Shown here piece after piece: positions 23,797-33,620 of a DNA stretch of 64,000 nucleotides (position 1 is its first letter; each line of letters opens with the position of its first letter). Origin of the DNA: Desulfobacterales bacterium (GTDB lineage Bacteria; Desulfobacterota; Desulfobacteria; Desulfobacterales; UBA2174); the NCBI GenBank assembly GCA_963668645.2, contig CAXXWC010000020.1, positions 64,001 through 128,000 of the forward strand, given 5' to 3'. The notes under the pieces are model-generated. The model did no database searches. It saw nothing but the letters and a program-made list of their open reading frames with translations, and had not been told where the DNA came from. A program made the translations under genes and the position numbers.

Positions 23797-24035
23797 GGTT
23801 TACTCCTCTATCAGTAAAATTAATATGAGATAGAGATGATCGGTTGTCGAAAAACCTAAGAATTATATAACTATTTAAAAAATAAAGTTTTTTAGATGAT
23901 TCAATTGTTGATAAACCGTCGATAAAGGCTTTAATCAACCCCTGCTTTATCAACACTGAATGCCGCTACGTTCAAAACTTTCACCTTTTTCAACAAGTTT
24001 TCAGAAATCTATAAAATTTTAAATTTTAAATTTTA
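23797..24035. other. Putative replication origin oriC
   Basis: AT-rich spacer upstream of dnaN with six DnaA-box-like 9-mers and AAATTTT x3; gene-strand bias switches nearby. Confidence 0.7.
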
Positions 24036-24587
24036 TCAGTGAGTTATGTTAATTTTATTTTTTTTGCCCCGGATCCAGGTGCTGACCTGGGGCAGCACTT
24101 TCTCGCTCCAGGCGTTATCGAGCCTCAGGCGCAGAAAAGAAAAAAATAAATTATCTATAAAATCTATAGGTTGTTGGCATAAAGCTGCCTTTTCGATAAC
24201 GGCTGCTTCGATGTCTTCCTCATTTTCCACCGGAGCGGTTTCCGGAACCTTGAGACCGCTCAACTGCATATTTTCACCTTTTATCGAAAAACGCCACTCC
24301 TGACCGGCGGATCGGTAGCAAAGGTTGATTTCGGTGACCATGGCGCCTTTTTGCAAGGCGAGGATTCCCTCTTCCATTCCGGCTTCGTCTCCGCGGATCG
24401 AGACGGTTTCGGTGGTCTGTTGGCTGTGGTTTTGCAAAACGAGGCGATTGCCCAACTCCAGGGCTTCCAGGCGCTCATCAACCTGCCGGAATAGATCCGG
24501 TTCCGATTCGACGGCATACCAGAGCCAGGTGAGAAATTCGTTGCCCAGGAATTGGTAGCGGTTATAAGCTACGGCGACATCGAGCAT
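24036..24587 (-). CDS. RdgC-like protein, C-terminal half
   Basis: FLGNEFLTWLWY motif, ALQKGAMV; 3 nt downstream of the N-half gene. Confidence 0.65.
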   Translation of the reverse strand: MLDVAVAYNRYQFLGNEFLTWLWYAVESEPDLFRQVDERLEALELGNRLVLQNHSQQTTETVSIRGDEAGMEEGILALQKGAMVTEINLCYRSAGQEWRFSIKGENMQLSGLKVPETAPVENEEDIEAAVIEKAALCQQPIDFIDNLFFSFLRLRLDNAWSEKVLPQVSTWIRGKKNKINITH

Positions 24588-24590
24588 GGG

Positions 24591-25205
24591 TCACTCCCCA
24601 AAGTGGGTCGGGGTCAGTTTTTGGAGCACATCGCGTTGTGCGTCGGACAAGCCGGCTTCCAGTTCGGCCAGGGTGTAAGGAAACAATCGGATCAGGTTCA
24701 GCTTGAAAGAACGGGTAAAGAGGGTTTCCAGGGCTTCGTTGGCCGCCTTCTGGGTTGAAAAAAACCAAAGCTTGCCTTCATCGTGGTGCCAGACCACATC
24801 AAAAACGTTGGGAACGGCCGGTATACGCAGGCTCAATACGTTGAGCACCTGCTCTTTGGCCATCTGTTTTTCGCTGCGTGACAGAAAATCCCGCCCGGAT
24901 TCCAACTTTCGTCGCGCCACCTCCAGTGCCAGGTGTTTCTGGACCACTTTCGGGGGGATGGACTTTTTGTCCACCCTCATGGAAAAGACGAACATCTCGG
25001 CAATGGAAAAGTCGCTGTCTTCAAAAGCCGGACGAAAAGGATCGTTGAACCGGGTCCAGCCAAAAGCTTTTTCTTCGGAATTATTATCAATTTCGTCGAT
25101 ACTATTGTCCGCCAGACCCTTTCTGACGTTTTCCAGGACCGGCCCGGGAAGTCTGCCCTCCACCCGGTAGCGTATCAACGCCGATGTTGAACTCAAAAAT
25201 CCCAT
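24591..25205 (-). CDS. rdgC: Recombination-associated protein RdgC-like, N-terminal half
   Basis: KAFGW, MRVDKKSIPPKVV, LSRSEKQMAKEQV, DVVW, LFTRSF match the RdgC N-terminal pattern. Confidence 0.7.
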   Translation of the reverse strand: MGFLSSTSALIRYRVEGRLPGPVLENVRKGLADNSIDEIDNNSEEKAFGWTRFNDPFRPAFEDSDFSIAEMFVFSMRVDKKSIPPKVVQKHLALEVARRKLESGRDFLSRSEKQMAKEQVLNVLSLRIPAVPNVFDVVWHHDEGKLWFFSTQKAANEALETLFTRSFKLNLIRLFPYTLAELEAGLSDAQRDVLQKLTPTHFGE

Positions 25206-25432
25206 GGCATGCCTTCCATCTTCGGCTCTTGCCGGTCAGGTCCCAAAAACCGGATCAGCCCATCAACAAACGCAAATATTTTGAAAACATATTTATATAT
25301 CTTGTTAGGCCGGCCATCTCAAGGTTAAATTGAGACGCCATTGCAGGTCATCGAAATTACCGCTATAGGTGCAGGCGATTGATACTGGCGTCGCCCGGCG
25401 GGCTCGAAGCGGATCTTGGACCAGGGAAACAA

Positions 25433-28400
25433 ATGGAATTTATTGCCGATCTTCATATTCATTCGCGGTTTTCAAGGGCGACCTCAAGAAATCTGGACCT
25501 GGAAAATCTTTATATAACGGCCCAGTATAAGGGAATTCAGGTCCTGGCGACCGGTGATATCACCCATCCGGGATGGTTCGATGAAATACAAACGCGACTC
25601 GTTCCGGCCGAGCCCGGGCTTTATCGGCTCGACCCGAATCAGGCCCGGGTCTGCGACCGTTTGGTACCCGGAGGCTGCCAGGGTACCGTCAGATTTATAT
25701 TAAATACTGAAATCAGCAACATATATAAAAAAAACGGAAGGACCCGCAAGAATCACAACCTCGTATTTTTGCCCGATTTAGAGGTCGCCCAACGGTTTAA
25801 CCGGCGTTTGGAAAAAATCGGCAACATCCACAGTGACGGGAGGCCCATCTTGGGCCTCGATGCGCGCGATCTGCTCGATATCGTACTGAATATAGACCCG
25901 CGTGCCTTCCTTGTACCGGCCCATATCTGGACGCCCTGGTTTTCCATGCTCGGCTCACGGTCCGGCTTCGATAGCATGGAGGAGTGCTTTGAAGATCTCT
26001 CCGACCATGTTTTTGCCGCTGAAACAGGGCTTTCTTCCGATCCGCAGATGAATTGGCGCGTATCGGCCCTGGACCGGTTGACCCTCATATCCAATTCCGA
26101 TGCCCATTCGCCGGCCAAGCTCGGCCGCGAGGCCAACCGTTTCGATACCGATCTATCCTTCGAAGGAATCCGCAGCGCCCTGGCCTATCCTGAAAGTCCG
26201 GGATTTAGCGGAACGCTGGAATTTTACCCTGAAGAAGGCAAGTATCATCTCGACGGTCATCGCAAATGCGGCGTGCGCCTGACCCCTGCCGAGAGTCGAA
26301 AATTCGAGGGGATCTGCCCGGTTTGCCACCGGCCCATGACGCTGGGGGTTTTACACCGGCTCGAATGCCTGGCCGATCGCAGCGATGGTTGCCAGCCAGC
26401 CAACGCTCCCCCTTTTAACAAGATGATTCCCCTGACCGATATCCTCTCCGAGGTGCTCCAATGCGGTTCCGGCACCAAACGGGTAGCGGCCGCCTATCGG
26501 CGTTGTCTCGAAGTTCTGGGCAGTGAATTGGCCATCTTGCAGGACTTGCCTTTAGACAGTGTTTCAGCCCTGGACATTCCCCTTTTGGACGAGGCGCTAA
26601 AACGCATGCGCCAGGGCAGGTTGGTGATCGACGGCGGCTTCGACGGAGAATTTGGCACCGTTCGGCTCTTTGCACCGGATGAACGGCGGCGGATCCTCGG
26701 CCAGCGGAGTCTTTTTGCCCTGGGCGGACCACAGATCCGGCAGCCGCCCTGCCGTGATGAATTCGAAGCGGTGCAGACCGCATGGCGTGATCCAGCGCCG
26801 GCAGCACAACCCTTCCAGAAGCCTGCCGTTGCAGAATTGACCCCCGCTCAGCAAACAGCGGTGGAATACATCAACGGACCGGCTATGGTCGTGGCAGGAC
26901 CGGGAACCGGAAAAACCCTGACCCTTACGCGGCGTATCGCCCGCCTGATCGAGGCCGGCCTGGCAACCCCGGATCAGATTATGGCGGTCACATTCACCCA
27001 GAAAGCGGCCGATGAGATGCGCCGCCGCATCGCCGGATTGTTGAAAAACAGTGCCGATGAGCCGCGAATCGGCACTGTGCATGGATTATGTTACCAGTTT
27101 TTAAAGGAACTGGATCCAGACCGGACGATTTCGATTCTCGATGAAGACCAGCGTTTGATGCTGATCCGTGATGCCATGGCGCGGTCTTCGGAGGACGACG
27201 GTCCGGCTGGTTTTACCGCCCTTCAGATGTTGCGTTGGATCGAGGCTGTCAAGCAGCGAATCGAAGAGCCGCAAAACGGTGGCCCGGATCCGGCGGATGT
27301 CACCGCCCGGCGTCATTATATCCGGGTTTTTGATATCTACAGCAACCTGCTTGCCATGCAGGGACTATTGGATTTCGACGATCTGGTGGCGCAAATGGTC
27401 GTGCGCCTGGAAAGCGACGATGATCTGCGCCAAGCCTTCCGGCGCCGGTTTAGCCATGTTTTAGTGGACGAGTATCAGGATCTCAACCACGCCCAGTACC
27501 GTTTGGTGCGTGCGCTGGCCGGAAGCCGGGCCCATCTTTTTGTCATCGGCGATCCGGATCAGTGCATTTACGGATTTCGCGGTTCTGATTGGCGCTATTT
27601 TGAGCACTTTACCCGCGATTATCCCGGTGCCAGGATTGTCCGGCTGCAACACAGTTATCGGTCGCCGCAGACGATTCTGGATGCCGCAAGACAGGTGGTG
27701 CTGCGCTGTAACGACGGTCGCCAGCGTGCTCCATTGACCGGCCTTTGTCCAGGCGAGCGTCTCAACTTGATCTGCGCCGAGAGCGAAAACGCAGAGGCGG
27801 TGGCCATCGGCCGAATCATCGAACAGATGGTGGGCGGCAGCGGATTCGAAGCCTTGAATTTCGGCAAGGTGGACGCCACCGTCCGCGGCCATGAACGCAG
27901 TTTTGCCGATTTTGCCATCCTTTACCGGACCCATCAGCAGGGCGTTCTGATCGGCGAGATTTTGGAAAACGCCGGGATCCCGTGCCGCATGGCCAGCCGC
28001 AGCCGGATCTGCGACACGCCGCATGTGGCCGGGTTGGTTTCCTGGCTGCGGCTTTTCAACGGCCAGGGCACTTTTTTTGACCTGGAAAAGGCCGTTGCCT
28101 GGATCGGGATGGAGGTTAGCGGCGCCGATTTGAGTCGTTTTAAACAATGGTGCTACGCCAAAGGCTACCGGCTCGAGGATGGCCTTCACCATGCCACACG
28201 GCTGCCGGTTGAGGGGTTGAGCGCGGCGCGCCAGCGTCGAATGGTGGCTGCATTTGGACAATTGCAAAGCATCGGCGACAAGATCCGGGATTTGCTGCTG
28301 GCGGACCGCGTGGCCTATCTGCTGGAAAACACGAAGCTCGCCGAAGCCTTCGGTGCCTCTCGGGCCGAAACCGGATTGAAGGCCCTTGACGAATGGATCC

Positions 28401-28801
28401 AGGCCTGCCGCAATGAGACCGATCTGCTGTTGCATCTGACGTTGTTCAGTGACGCGGATCTGTACGATTCGCGATCCGAAAGGGTGGCCCTGATGACTCT
28501 CCATGCGGCCAAGGGGTTGGAATTTCCGGTTGTTTTTATTGCCGGATGCGAAGACGGACTGATTCCCCTAGCCCGCAGCGACGATCTTGACGAGGAAAGG
28601 CGGCTCCTTTTCGTGGGGTTGACCCGGGCCGGGGATCGGCTTTTTTTGTCTATGGCCGCTCGCCGCAGTGTTCACGGGAAATTGGAAACGAGACGGATTT
28701 GCCCATTTTTGGCGGATATCAATCCGGGTCTGATTGAAGAAGCCGGCCGCGGCGCCAGACGGGCGCCCAAGCGGCGCCAAACCCAAATGAGTTTGTTTTA
28801 A
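25433..28801 (+). CDS. Endonuclease Q-like PHP/Zn domain fused to UvrD/PcrA SF1 helicase
   Basis: N-part DLHIHS, HIWTPW, ETGLSSD, NSDAHS, GKYHLDGHRKC, CPVC; C-part AGPGTGKT, DEYQD, GDPDQCIYGFRG, TLHAAKGLEF, EERRLLFVGLTRA. Confidence 0.9.
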   Translation: MEFIADLHIHSRFSRATSRNLDLENLYITAQYKGIQVLATGDITHPGWFDEIQTRLVPAEPGLYRLDPNQARVCDRLVPGGCQGTVRFILNTEISNIYKKNGRTRKNHNLVFLPDLEVAQRFNRRLEKIGNIHSDGRPILGLDARDLLDIVLNIDPRAFLVPAHIWTPWFSMLGSRSGFDSMEECFEDLSDHVFAAETGLSSDPQMNWRVSALDRLTLISNSDAHSPAKLGREANRFDTDLSFEGIRSALAYPESPGFSGTLEFYPEEGKYHLDGHRKCGVRLTPAESRKFEGICPVCHRPMTLGVLHRLECLADRSDGCQPANAPPFNKMIPLTDILSEVLQCGSGTKRVAAAYRRCLEVLGSELAILQDLPLDSVSALDIPLLDEALKRMRQGRLVIDGGFDGEFGTVRLFAPDERRRILGQRSLFALGGPQIRQPPCRDEFEAVQTAWRDPAPAAQPFQKPAVAELTPAQQTAVEYINGPAMVVAGPGTGKTLTLTRRIARLIEAGLATPDQIMAVTFTQKAADEMRRRIAGLLKNSADEPRIGTVHGLCYQFLKELDPDRTISILDEDQRLMLIRDAMARSSEDDGPAGFTALQMLRWIEAVKQRIEEPQNGGPDPADVTARRHYIRVFDIYSNLLAMQGLLDFDDLVAQMVVRLESDDDLRQAFRRRFSHVLVDEYQDLNHAQYRLVRALAGSRAHLFVIGDPDQCIYGFRGSDWRYFEHFTRDYPGARIVRLQHSYRSPQTILDAARQVVLRCNDGRQRAPLTGLCPGERLNLICAESENAEAVAIGRIIEQMVGGSGFEALNFGKVDATVRGHERSFADFAILYRTHQQGVLIGEILENAGIPCRMASRSRICDTPHVAGLVSWLRLFNGQGTFFDLEKAVAWIGMEVSGADLSRFKQWCYAKGYRLEDGLHHATRLPVEGLSAARQRRMVAAFGQLQSIGDKIRDLLLADRVAYLLENTKLAEAFGASRAETGLKALDEWIQACRNETDLLLHLTLFSDADLYDSRSERVALMTLHAAKGLEFPVVFIAGCEDGLIPLARSDDLDEERRLLFVGLTRAGDRLFLSMAARRSVHGKLETRRICPFLADINPGLIEEAGRGARRAPKRRQTQMSLF

Positions 28802-28814
28802 GCGCATAAAATGC

Positions 28815-28841
28815 TTGACAGAAATTTGGAAGGATATTAAT
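28815..28841 (+). promoter_or_regulatory. Possible tRNA promoter
   Basis: Perfect TTGACA, then AT-rich TATTAAT at non-ideal spacing. Confidence 0.4.
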
Positions 28842-28857
28842 GAAGCGCTCTTGTTAA

Positions 28858-28932
28858 GCGGGAATAACTCAGTGGTAGAGTGCGACCTTGCCAAGGTCGA
28901 AGTCGCGGGTTCAAATCCCGTTTCCCGCTCCA
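28858..28932 (+). tRNA. tRNA-Gly (GCC)
   Basis: Acceptor stem GCGGGAA/TTCCCGC, anticodon arm CGACC-TTGCCAA-GGTCG, GGTTCAAATC T-loop, encoded CCA. Confidence 0.97.
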
Positions 28933-28940
28933 CACAGCCA

Positions 28941-28975
28941 AAAAGCCAACGGGTTTTTTCCCGTTGGTTTTTTTT
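28941..28975 (+). terminator. Intrinsic terminator after tRNA-Gly
   Basis: AGCCAACGGG-N6-CCCGTTGGTT followed by a T run. Confidence 0.85.
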
Positions 28976-29135
28976 ATCCTGCTATTTTAATACCCATCGG
29001 GCGCCGGGGATTGCAGCATGGGCGGTCAATGCGCTATCATCGGATCATCGGCTAGAGGGCGCCCGCGCCAATCGATAAAAAAACAGACCGGCAGACTTGA
29101 AGCGACAAACCCTAGACCCGAGTCGAAAGCCTTCG

Positions 29136-29762
29136 ATGAGCGTCGAACCCGCAGTCAACGGCGATATTCTGATCGCCTGTCCTGAATGCGACCTTCTCCA
29201 TAGACGCCGGACGCTTCCCGCAGGGGGCTGCGCCTTTTGCCGGCGATGCGGCGCGAGGCTCTATACCCACCGGCGCAACAGCCTCAACCGGAGCTTGGCG
29301 TTGACCCTTACCGGGGTGATCCTTTTTGCGATATCCTTTACCTTTCCCTTTTTGGCGATCAAGGCCGAGGGCGCCTTTGAGGAGACGACCCTCATCAGCG
29401 GGGTCCAGACCCTCTATCTGCAAGGATGGCCGGCCCTGGCGGCCCTGGTCGGATTTACCACCGTTCTCGTACCGCTGCTGCAATTGGGCAGCCTTTTGTA
29501 TGTCCTGGTCTCGCTCAGACGCCCACGACGCCCCAAGCTGCTGGCCTCGGTGTTCCGGTTCACCCAAACCCTTCATCCCTGGCAGATGATGGAGGTTTTT
29601 ATGATCGGCATCCTGGTGGCCATGGTTAAACTGACCAAGATGGCCACCATTGTCCCGGGAGTGGCGGTCTTTTCTTTTGCCGCCCTGATCCTGGTTCTGG
29701 CCGCCGTCGGTACCACCCTCGAGCCGCGAATGGTCTGGGAGCGGCTGGAGCGGGCAGGATGA
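29136..29762 (+). CDS. pqiA: Paraquat-inducible protein A family (first half-gene)
   Basis: CPECDLL..CRRCGARL, PWQMMEVFMIGILVAMVKL; start uncertain. Confidence 0.88.
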   Translation: MSVEPAVNGDILIACPECDLLHRRRTLPAGGCAFCRRCGARLYTHRRNSLNRSLALTLTGVILFAISFTFPFLAIKAEGAFEETTLISGVQTLYLQGWPALAALVGFTTVLVPLLQLGSLLYVLVSLRRPRRPKLLASVFRFTQTLHPWQMMEVFMIGILVAMVKLTKMATIVPGVAVFSFAALILVLAAVGTTLEPRMVWERLERAG

Positions 29763-30391
29763 CCGGCCCTGGGTCGACCGCTTCTTCAGCCGCCCTGGTC
29801 GGCTGTTCGATCTGCCATTTGGTCTGCCGGGCACCCCGGGCGCAGGCGGCGGTCTACTGCCCGCGTTGCGGAGCCAGGCTCCACCGGCGAAAACCGAACA
29901 GCCTGAGCCGGACCTGGGCCCTGACGCTGGCCGCGATGCTCTTCTACATTCCGGCCAACGTGCTGCCCGTCACCGTGACCTCGTCGCTGACAGGGTCCCA
30001 GGCCGACACGATTATCAGCGGCGTGATCTACTTTATGAAAGTCGGGGACTGGTTCGTGGCCCTGGTGATTTTTACCGCCAGCGTGGTGATTCCCCTGCTC
30101 AAGCTGATCGTATTGATCTTTTTGTTGCTCTCGGTCCATCGCCGATCCGGCTGGCACCCGCTGGAGCGCGCCAGGCTCTATCGCATCACCGAGGCCGTGG
30201 GGCGGTGGTCCATGGTGGATATTTTTGTGGTTACCATCCTGGTGGCCCTGGTTAAACTCGGGGTCGTGGCTCAGGTCGAGGCTGAATCCGGAGCGGTCTT
30301 TTTCGCTGCGGTGGTGGTGATCACGATGCTGGCGGCCATGAGTTTCGATCCCCGCTTGATCTGGGATGCAGCGGAGCGCAATCGTGAGTGA
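29759..30391 (+). CDS. pqiA: Paraquat-inducible protein A family (second half-gene)
   Basis: CSIC..CPRCG, YIPANVLP, GRWSMVDIFVV, FDPRLIWD. Confidence 0.9.
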   Translation: MTGPGSTASSAALVGCSICHLVCRAPRAQAAVYCPRCGARLHRRKPNSLSRTWALTLAAMLFYIPANVLPVTVTSSLTGSQADTIISGVIYFMKVGDWFVALVIFTASVVIPLLKLIVLIFLLLSVHRRSGWHPLERARLYRITEAVGRWSMVDIFVVTILVALVKLGVVAQVEAESGAVFFAAVVVITMLAAMSFDPRLIWDAAERNRE

Positions 30392-32096
30392 ATCGAAGAT
30401 CGATCCGGCAATCATGAACGCTCTGCCCGAGCCGGACATACAGGTGAAACACCGGTTTTCCATCGTTTGGGTGGTGCCCCTGGTGGCCGCCATCATCGGC
30501 ATCGGATTGATCTACAAGGCCGTTTCCGAGCGCGGACCGGCCATTACGATCGTTTTCAAGACGGCCGAAGGCCTGGTGGCCGGCAAGACCAAGATCAAAT
30601 ACAAGGATGTGGAATTCGGCCGGGTGGAGAGCATCGTCTTGAGCGAGGACCTTTCCCAGGTCGTGGTCACGGCCGCCATGACCCGTGAAGCGGAGCCCTT
30701 TTTGACCGAGGAAACCCGCTTTTGGGTGGTGCGCGCGCGCATCGCGGCCGGCGAGGTCTCCGGTTTGAGCACCCTTTTTTCAGGCGCCTATATCGCGTTG
30801 GAGCCGGGTACCAAAGGTAAACCCCAGCGCAGCTTTATCGGTCTCAACCGGCCCCCGGTGGTTACCGGGGATTTTCCCGGACGGCATTTCAAGTTGAATG
30901 CCGACCGGCTCGGCTCCCTTGACGTGGGCGCGCCGGTCTATTACCGGCAGATCCGGGTGGGCCAGGTCGAAAGCTATGACATACAACCGGATGGGCAGGC
31001 GGTGACCATCGGCATCTTTATCGACGCCCCCTACCATCGATATGTTTCGAGCAAAACCCGTTTTTGGAATGCCAGCGGATTGGATGTGCGCCTCGACACG
31101 GAAGGCATCCGCGTCGATACGCCCTCGATGGTCAGCCTGCTTATCGGGGGGATCGCCTTCGACAATCCGGTGGGGATCGAACCGGGAGAACCGGCCCGGG
31201 AAGGATATGAATTCAAGCTGCACGAAGGCTTCGATGCCAGCCGCCAGCAAACCTTCAGCATCAAAGACCGGTACCTGCTCTATTTTGAGGACTCGGTTCG
31301 CGGTCTGGCGGTGGGGGCACCGGTGGAATTCAAGGGCCTCCGTATCGGTCAAGTCCTTGATTTGAGGCTTGAACTCGACCCCCAAAGCGTCACTTTTCGA
31401 ATTCCAGTGCTCATTGAGATCGAGCCGGAACGGTTTTCGGCCGATCAGAGCGCTTGGACCGAAGAATATCGCCGCGTCACCATGGATCGTCTCGTCGCCA
31501 AGGGGTTGCGGGCCCAAATCAAGACAGGCAACCTGCTGACCGGTCGCATGGTGGTCGACCTGACCTTCGATGCCAAGGCACCGCAGGCCACGATCATATG
31601 GGGCGGCACATATCCTCAGTTGCCGACAGCCGCCGGATCGCTGCACGAGCTGACCGCCACGGTGAGTGATCTCGTCCAACGCCTTGATCGATTTCCGCTG
31701 GAAAAGATCGGCGAGCAGATCCGGACCGTGCTCGGCGGTCTGAGCACCATGGTGGACCGGACCCGGGAAAAGATCGAAGAGCTGCCGACCCACGAGCTGA
31801 GCGTCGATTTGAAGGCGGCGGCCGAGGAGCTATCCACCACGTTGGGTGCGGCCCGGGCCATGATCAACAAGCTTGAAGGCCAGGTGACCGAAGAAGCGGT
31901 CAGCACCCTGGCCCAGGTCCGTCAAAGCGTGGCTTCGATGGAAAACGCCCTGGGCCAGGCGTCGCCCCTCAATCAAGAGGCCAATCGCGCCGCCAAGGAG
32001 TTGGCCGATGCGGCCAGGGCGGTGCGCATTCTGGCCGATTACCTCTCGCGCCATCCCGAGGCCCTGCTCTACGGCAAGGATTCGGGAACAAAGTAG
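30384..32096 (+). CDS. pqiB: PqiB (three MCE/MlaD domains)
   Basis: WVVPLVA, AEGLVAGKTKIKYK, TRFWVV, GLAVGAPVEFKG, HPEALLYG. Confidence 0.92.
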   Translation: MSESKIDPAIMNALPEPDIQVKHRFSIVWVVPLVAAIIGIGLIYKAVSERGPAITIVFKTAEGLVAGKTKIKYKDVEFGRVESIVLSEDLSQVVVTAAMTREAEPFLTEETRFWVVRARIAAGEVSGLSTLFSGAYIALEPGTKGKPQRSFIGLNRPPVVTGDFPGRHFKLNADRLGSLDVGAPVYYRQIRVGQVESYDIQPDGQAVTIGIFIDAPYHRYVSSKTRFWNASGLDVRLDTEGIRVDTPSMVSLLIGGIAFDNPVGIEPGEPAREGYEFKLHEGFDASRQQTFSIKDRYLLYFEDSVRGLAVGAPVEFKGLRIGQVLDLRLELDPQSVTFRIPVLIEIEPERFSADQSAWTEEYRRVTMDRLVAKGLRAQIKTGNLLTGRMVVDLTFDAKAPQATIIWGGTYPQLPTAAGSLHELTATVSDLVQRLDRFPLEKIGEQIRTVLGGLSTMVDRTREKIEELPTHELSVDLKAAAEELSTTLGAARAMINKLEGQVTEEAVSTLAQVRQSVASMENALGQASPLNQEANRAAKELADAARAVRILADYLSRHPEALLYGKDSGTK

Positions 32097-32106
32097 AGGA
32101 AAAGGG

Positions 32107-32736
32107 ATGGAAAAACCAAATCGGGTGTTGTGTTCGATTCTTATGGTGACGCTGGCCGGTCTTTTTTTAAACGGCTGCACCCGGTCTGTGAGAACGGAGC
32201 AATTTTACACCCTGAGCGCCATGGACTGCCCTGCGCGGGCCGAAGTTCCGGCTGGCCGGCGCCATGGCGTCATCGGGATTGGACCGGTTAAGCTCCCCGA
32301 CGCCATCGACCGGCCCCAGATCGTCACCCGTACCAGCCCCAACCGGCTGAATATTTCAGAATATCATCGCTGGGCCGGAGCCCTTGACGGAGAGATCGCC
32401 CGGGTGCTGGCTGAAAACCTGGCTTGCCTGCTGGGGACCGATGCGGTGGTCTGTTTTCCGCAGCAAACCTATGATGCGCCGACCCTGCGTGTGGAACTGG
32501 AGGTCCGGCGCCTCGATGGACGGCCCGGGCAGGAAGCGGTCCTTGACGTCGCCTGGACGATCGTGGCCCGGTCGCCGGCAACGGTCTTGCACCGGCAGCA
32601 ATCGCACTTGCGCGAAGCGGTTTCCCAGGGCGACTACGAGTCGCTGGTGGCGGCCCAGAGCCGTTTGATAGCGGCCTTGAGCCGTAAGGTCGCCACGGCC
32701 ATCGACAGGGTCGATCCGGTGGCGGCAACCCCATGA
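32107..32736 (+). CDS. pqiC: PqiC-family lipoprotein
   Basis: Lipobox LNGC, IGPVKLPDAIDRPQIV, HRWAGAL. Confidence 0.88.
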   Translation: MEKPNRVLCSILMVTLAGLFLNGCTRSVRTEQFYTLSAMDCPARAEVPAGRRHGVIGIGPVKLPDAIDRPQIVTRTSPNRLNISEYHRWAGALDGEIARVLAENLACLLGTDAVVCFPQQTYDAPTLRVELEVRRLDGRPGQEAVLDVAWTIVARSPATVLHRQQSHLREAVSQGDYESLVAAQSRLIAALSRKVATAIDRVDPVAATP

Positions 32737-33611
32737 CAGAGCAAAAGGTAAGACTGTATCAATCTTCCAATAATGGACAGGCCAACATGCTTTTCTCATT
32801 CCAACCTGATCGCCCCTTGATTTTCGCCCACCGCGGGTGCAGTTCCCTCGCTCCTGAAAATACCCTCGCCGCACTGCGCAAGGCCAAAGCCGCCGGCGCC
32901 CACGGCTGGGAACTCGACGTGCAGCTCACCGCCGACGGCCAGGTGATCGTCCAGCACGACCGCGGACTGCTGCGGGTCACCGACGTGCGCCGCCATCCGG
33001 CCTTTGCCGGCCGCCAACCCTATGTCACGGCCCGCTTCACCCTGGCCGAACTGCGGCAGCTGGCCACCGGGGAGGCCTTTGCCCGCTATGACCGCCACGG
33101 CCAGATCGCGGCCGGCCAGGTGACCGAGGCGGATCTGGCCGCTTTTCGCCGCGAACCGATGCCGACCCTTGAAGAGGCCCTGGCCCTGACCCGGGAACTG
33201 GACATGGTGGTCAATGTGGAGTTGAAGAACCTGTCCGGTCTGCCCGGCGGCGAGACCCTGGTAAGGCGTACCGTGGCGGTCCTGCAACAGATGGACATGC
33301 CGGCGCGGGTCCTGATATCGTCTTTTAACTTCAACTACCTGCGCGAGATCAAACGGCTGTGCCCCGAATACGCCACCGCGCCGCTGGTCAGCCGGCCCCA
33401 CCCGGACCCGGTGGCCCTGATGCGCGAGTTGGGGGCCGAGGCCTATCATCCCAGCCATAAGATGATCACGCCGCAAGAGGTGGCCCGCATCCGCCAGGCG
33501 GATCTGCACGTAAATGTCTGGACCGTCAACAACGCCGAGAGAATGCACGAATTGGCCGCCTGGGGCGTCAGCGGCATCATCACCGATTTTCCCCAGCGCT
33601 GGGCAGGATGA
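32733..33611 (+). CDS. Glycerophosphodiester phosphodiesterase
   Basis: AHRG..PENT, ELDVQLTADG, HD, NVELK, ISSF, WTVN, GIITDFP. Confidence 0.92.
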   Translation: MTEQKVRLYQSSNNGQANMLFSFQPDRPLIFAHRGCSSLAPENTLAALRKAKAAGAHGWELDVQLTADGQVIVQHDRGLLRVTDVRRHPAFAGRQPYVTARFTLAELRQLATGEAFARYDRHGQIAAGQVTEADLAAFRREPMPTLEEALALTRELDMVVNVELKNLSGLPGGETLVRRTVAVLQQMDMPARVLISSFNFNYLREIKRLCPEYATAPLVSRPHPDPVALMRELGAEAYHPSHKMITPQEVARIRQADLHVNVWTVNNAERMHELAAWGVSGIITDFPQRWAG

Positions 33612-33620
33612 AGCTGAAAA

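Noticed and set aside
23821..23843. DnaA-trio array next to the first box
   Set aside because: GAGATAGAGATGAT does not keep a clean 3-nt period; too weak to call
29136..30391. Two pqiA genes as a frameshifted pseudogene
   Set aside because: Each half has its own Cys-rich start and they overlap by ATGA; split pqiA is a common arrangement
28858..32736. tRNA-Gly as an island integration site
   Set aside because: No integrase, no duplicated tRNA 3' end seen, and the native terminator is intact
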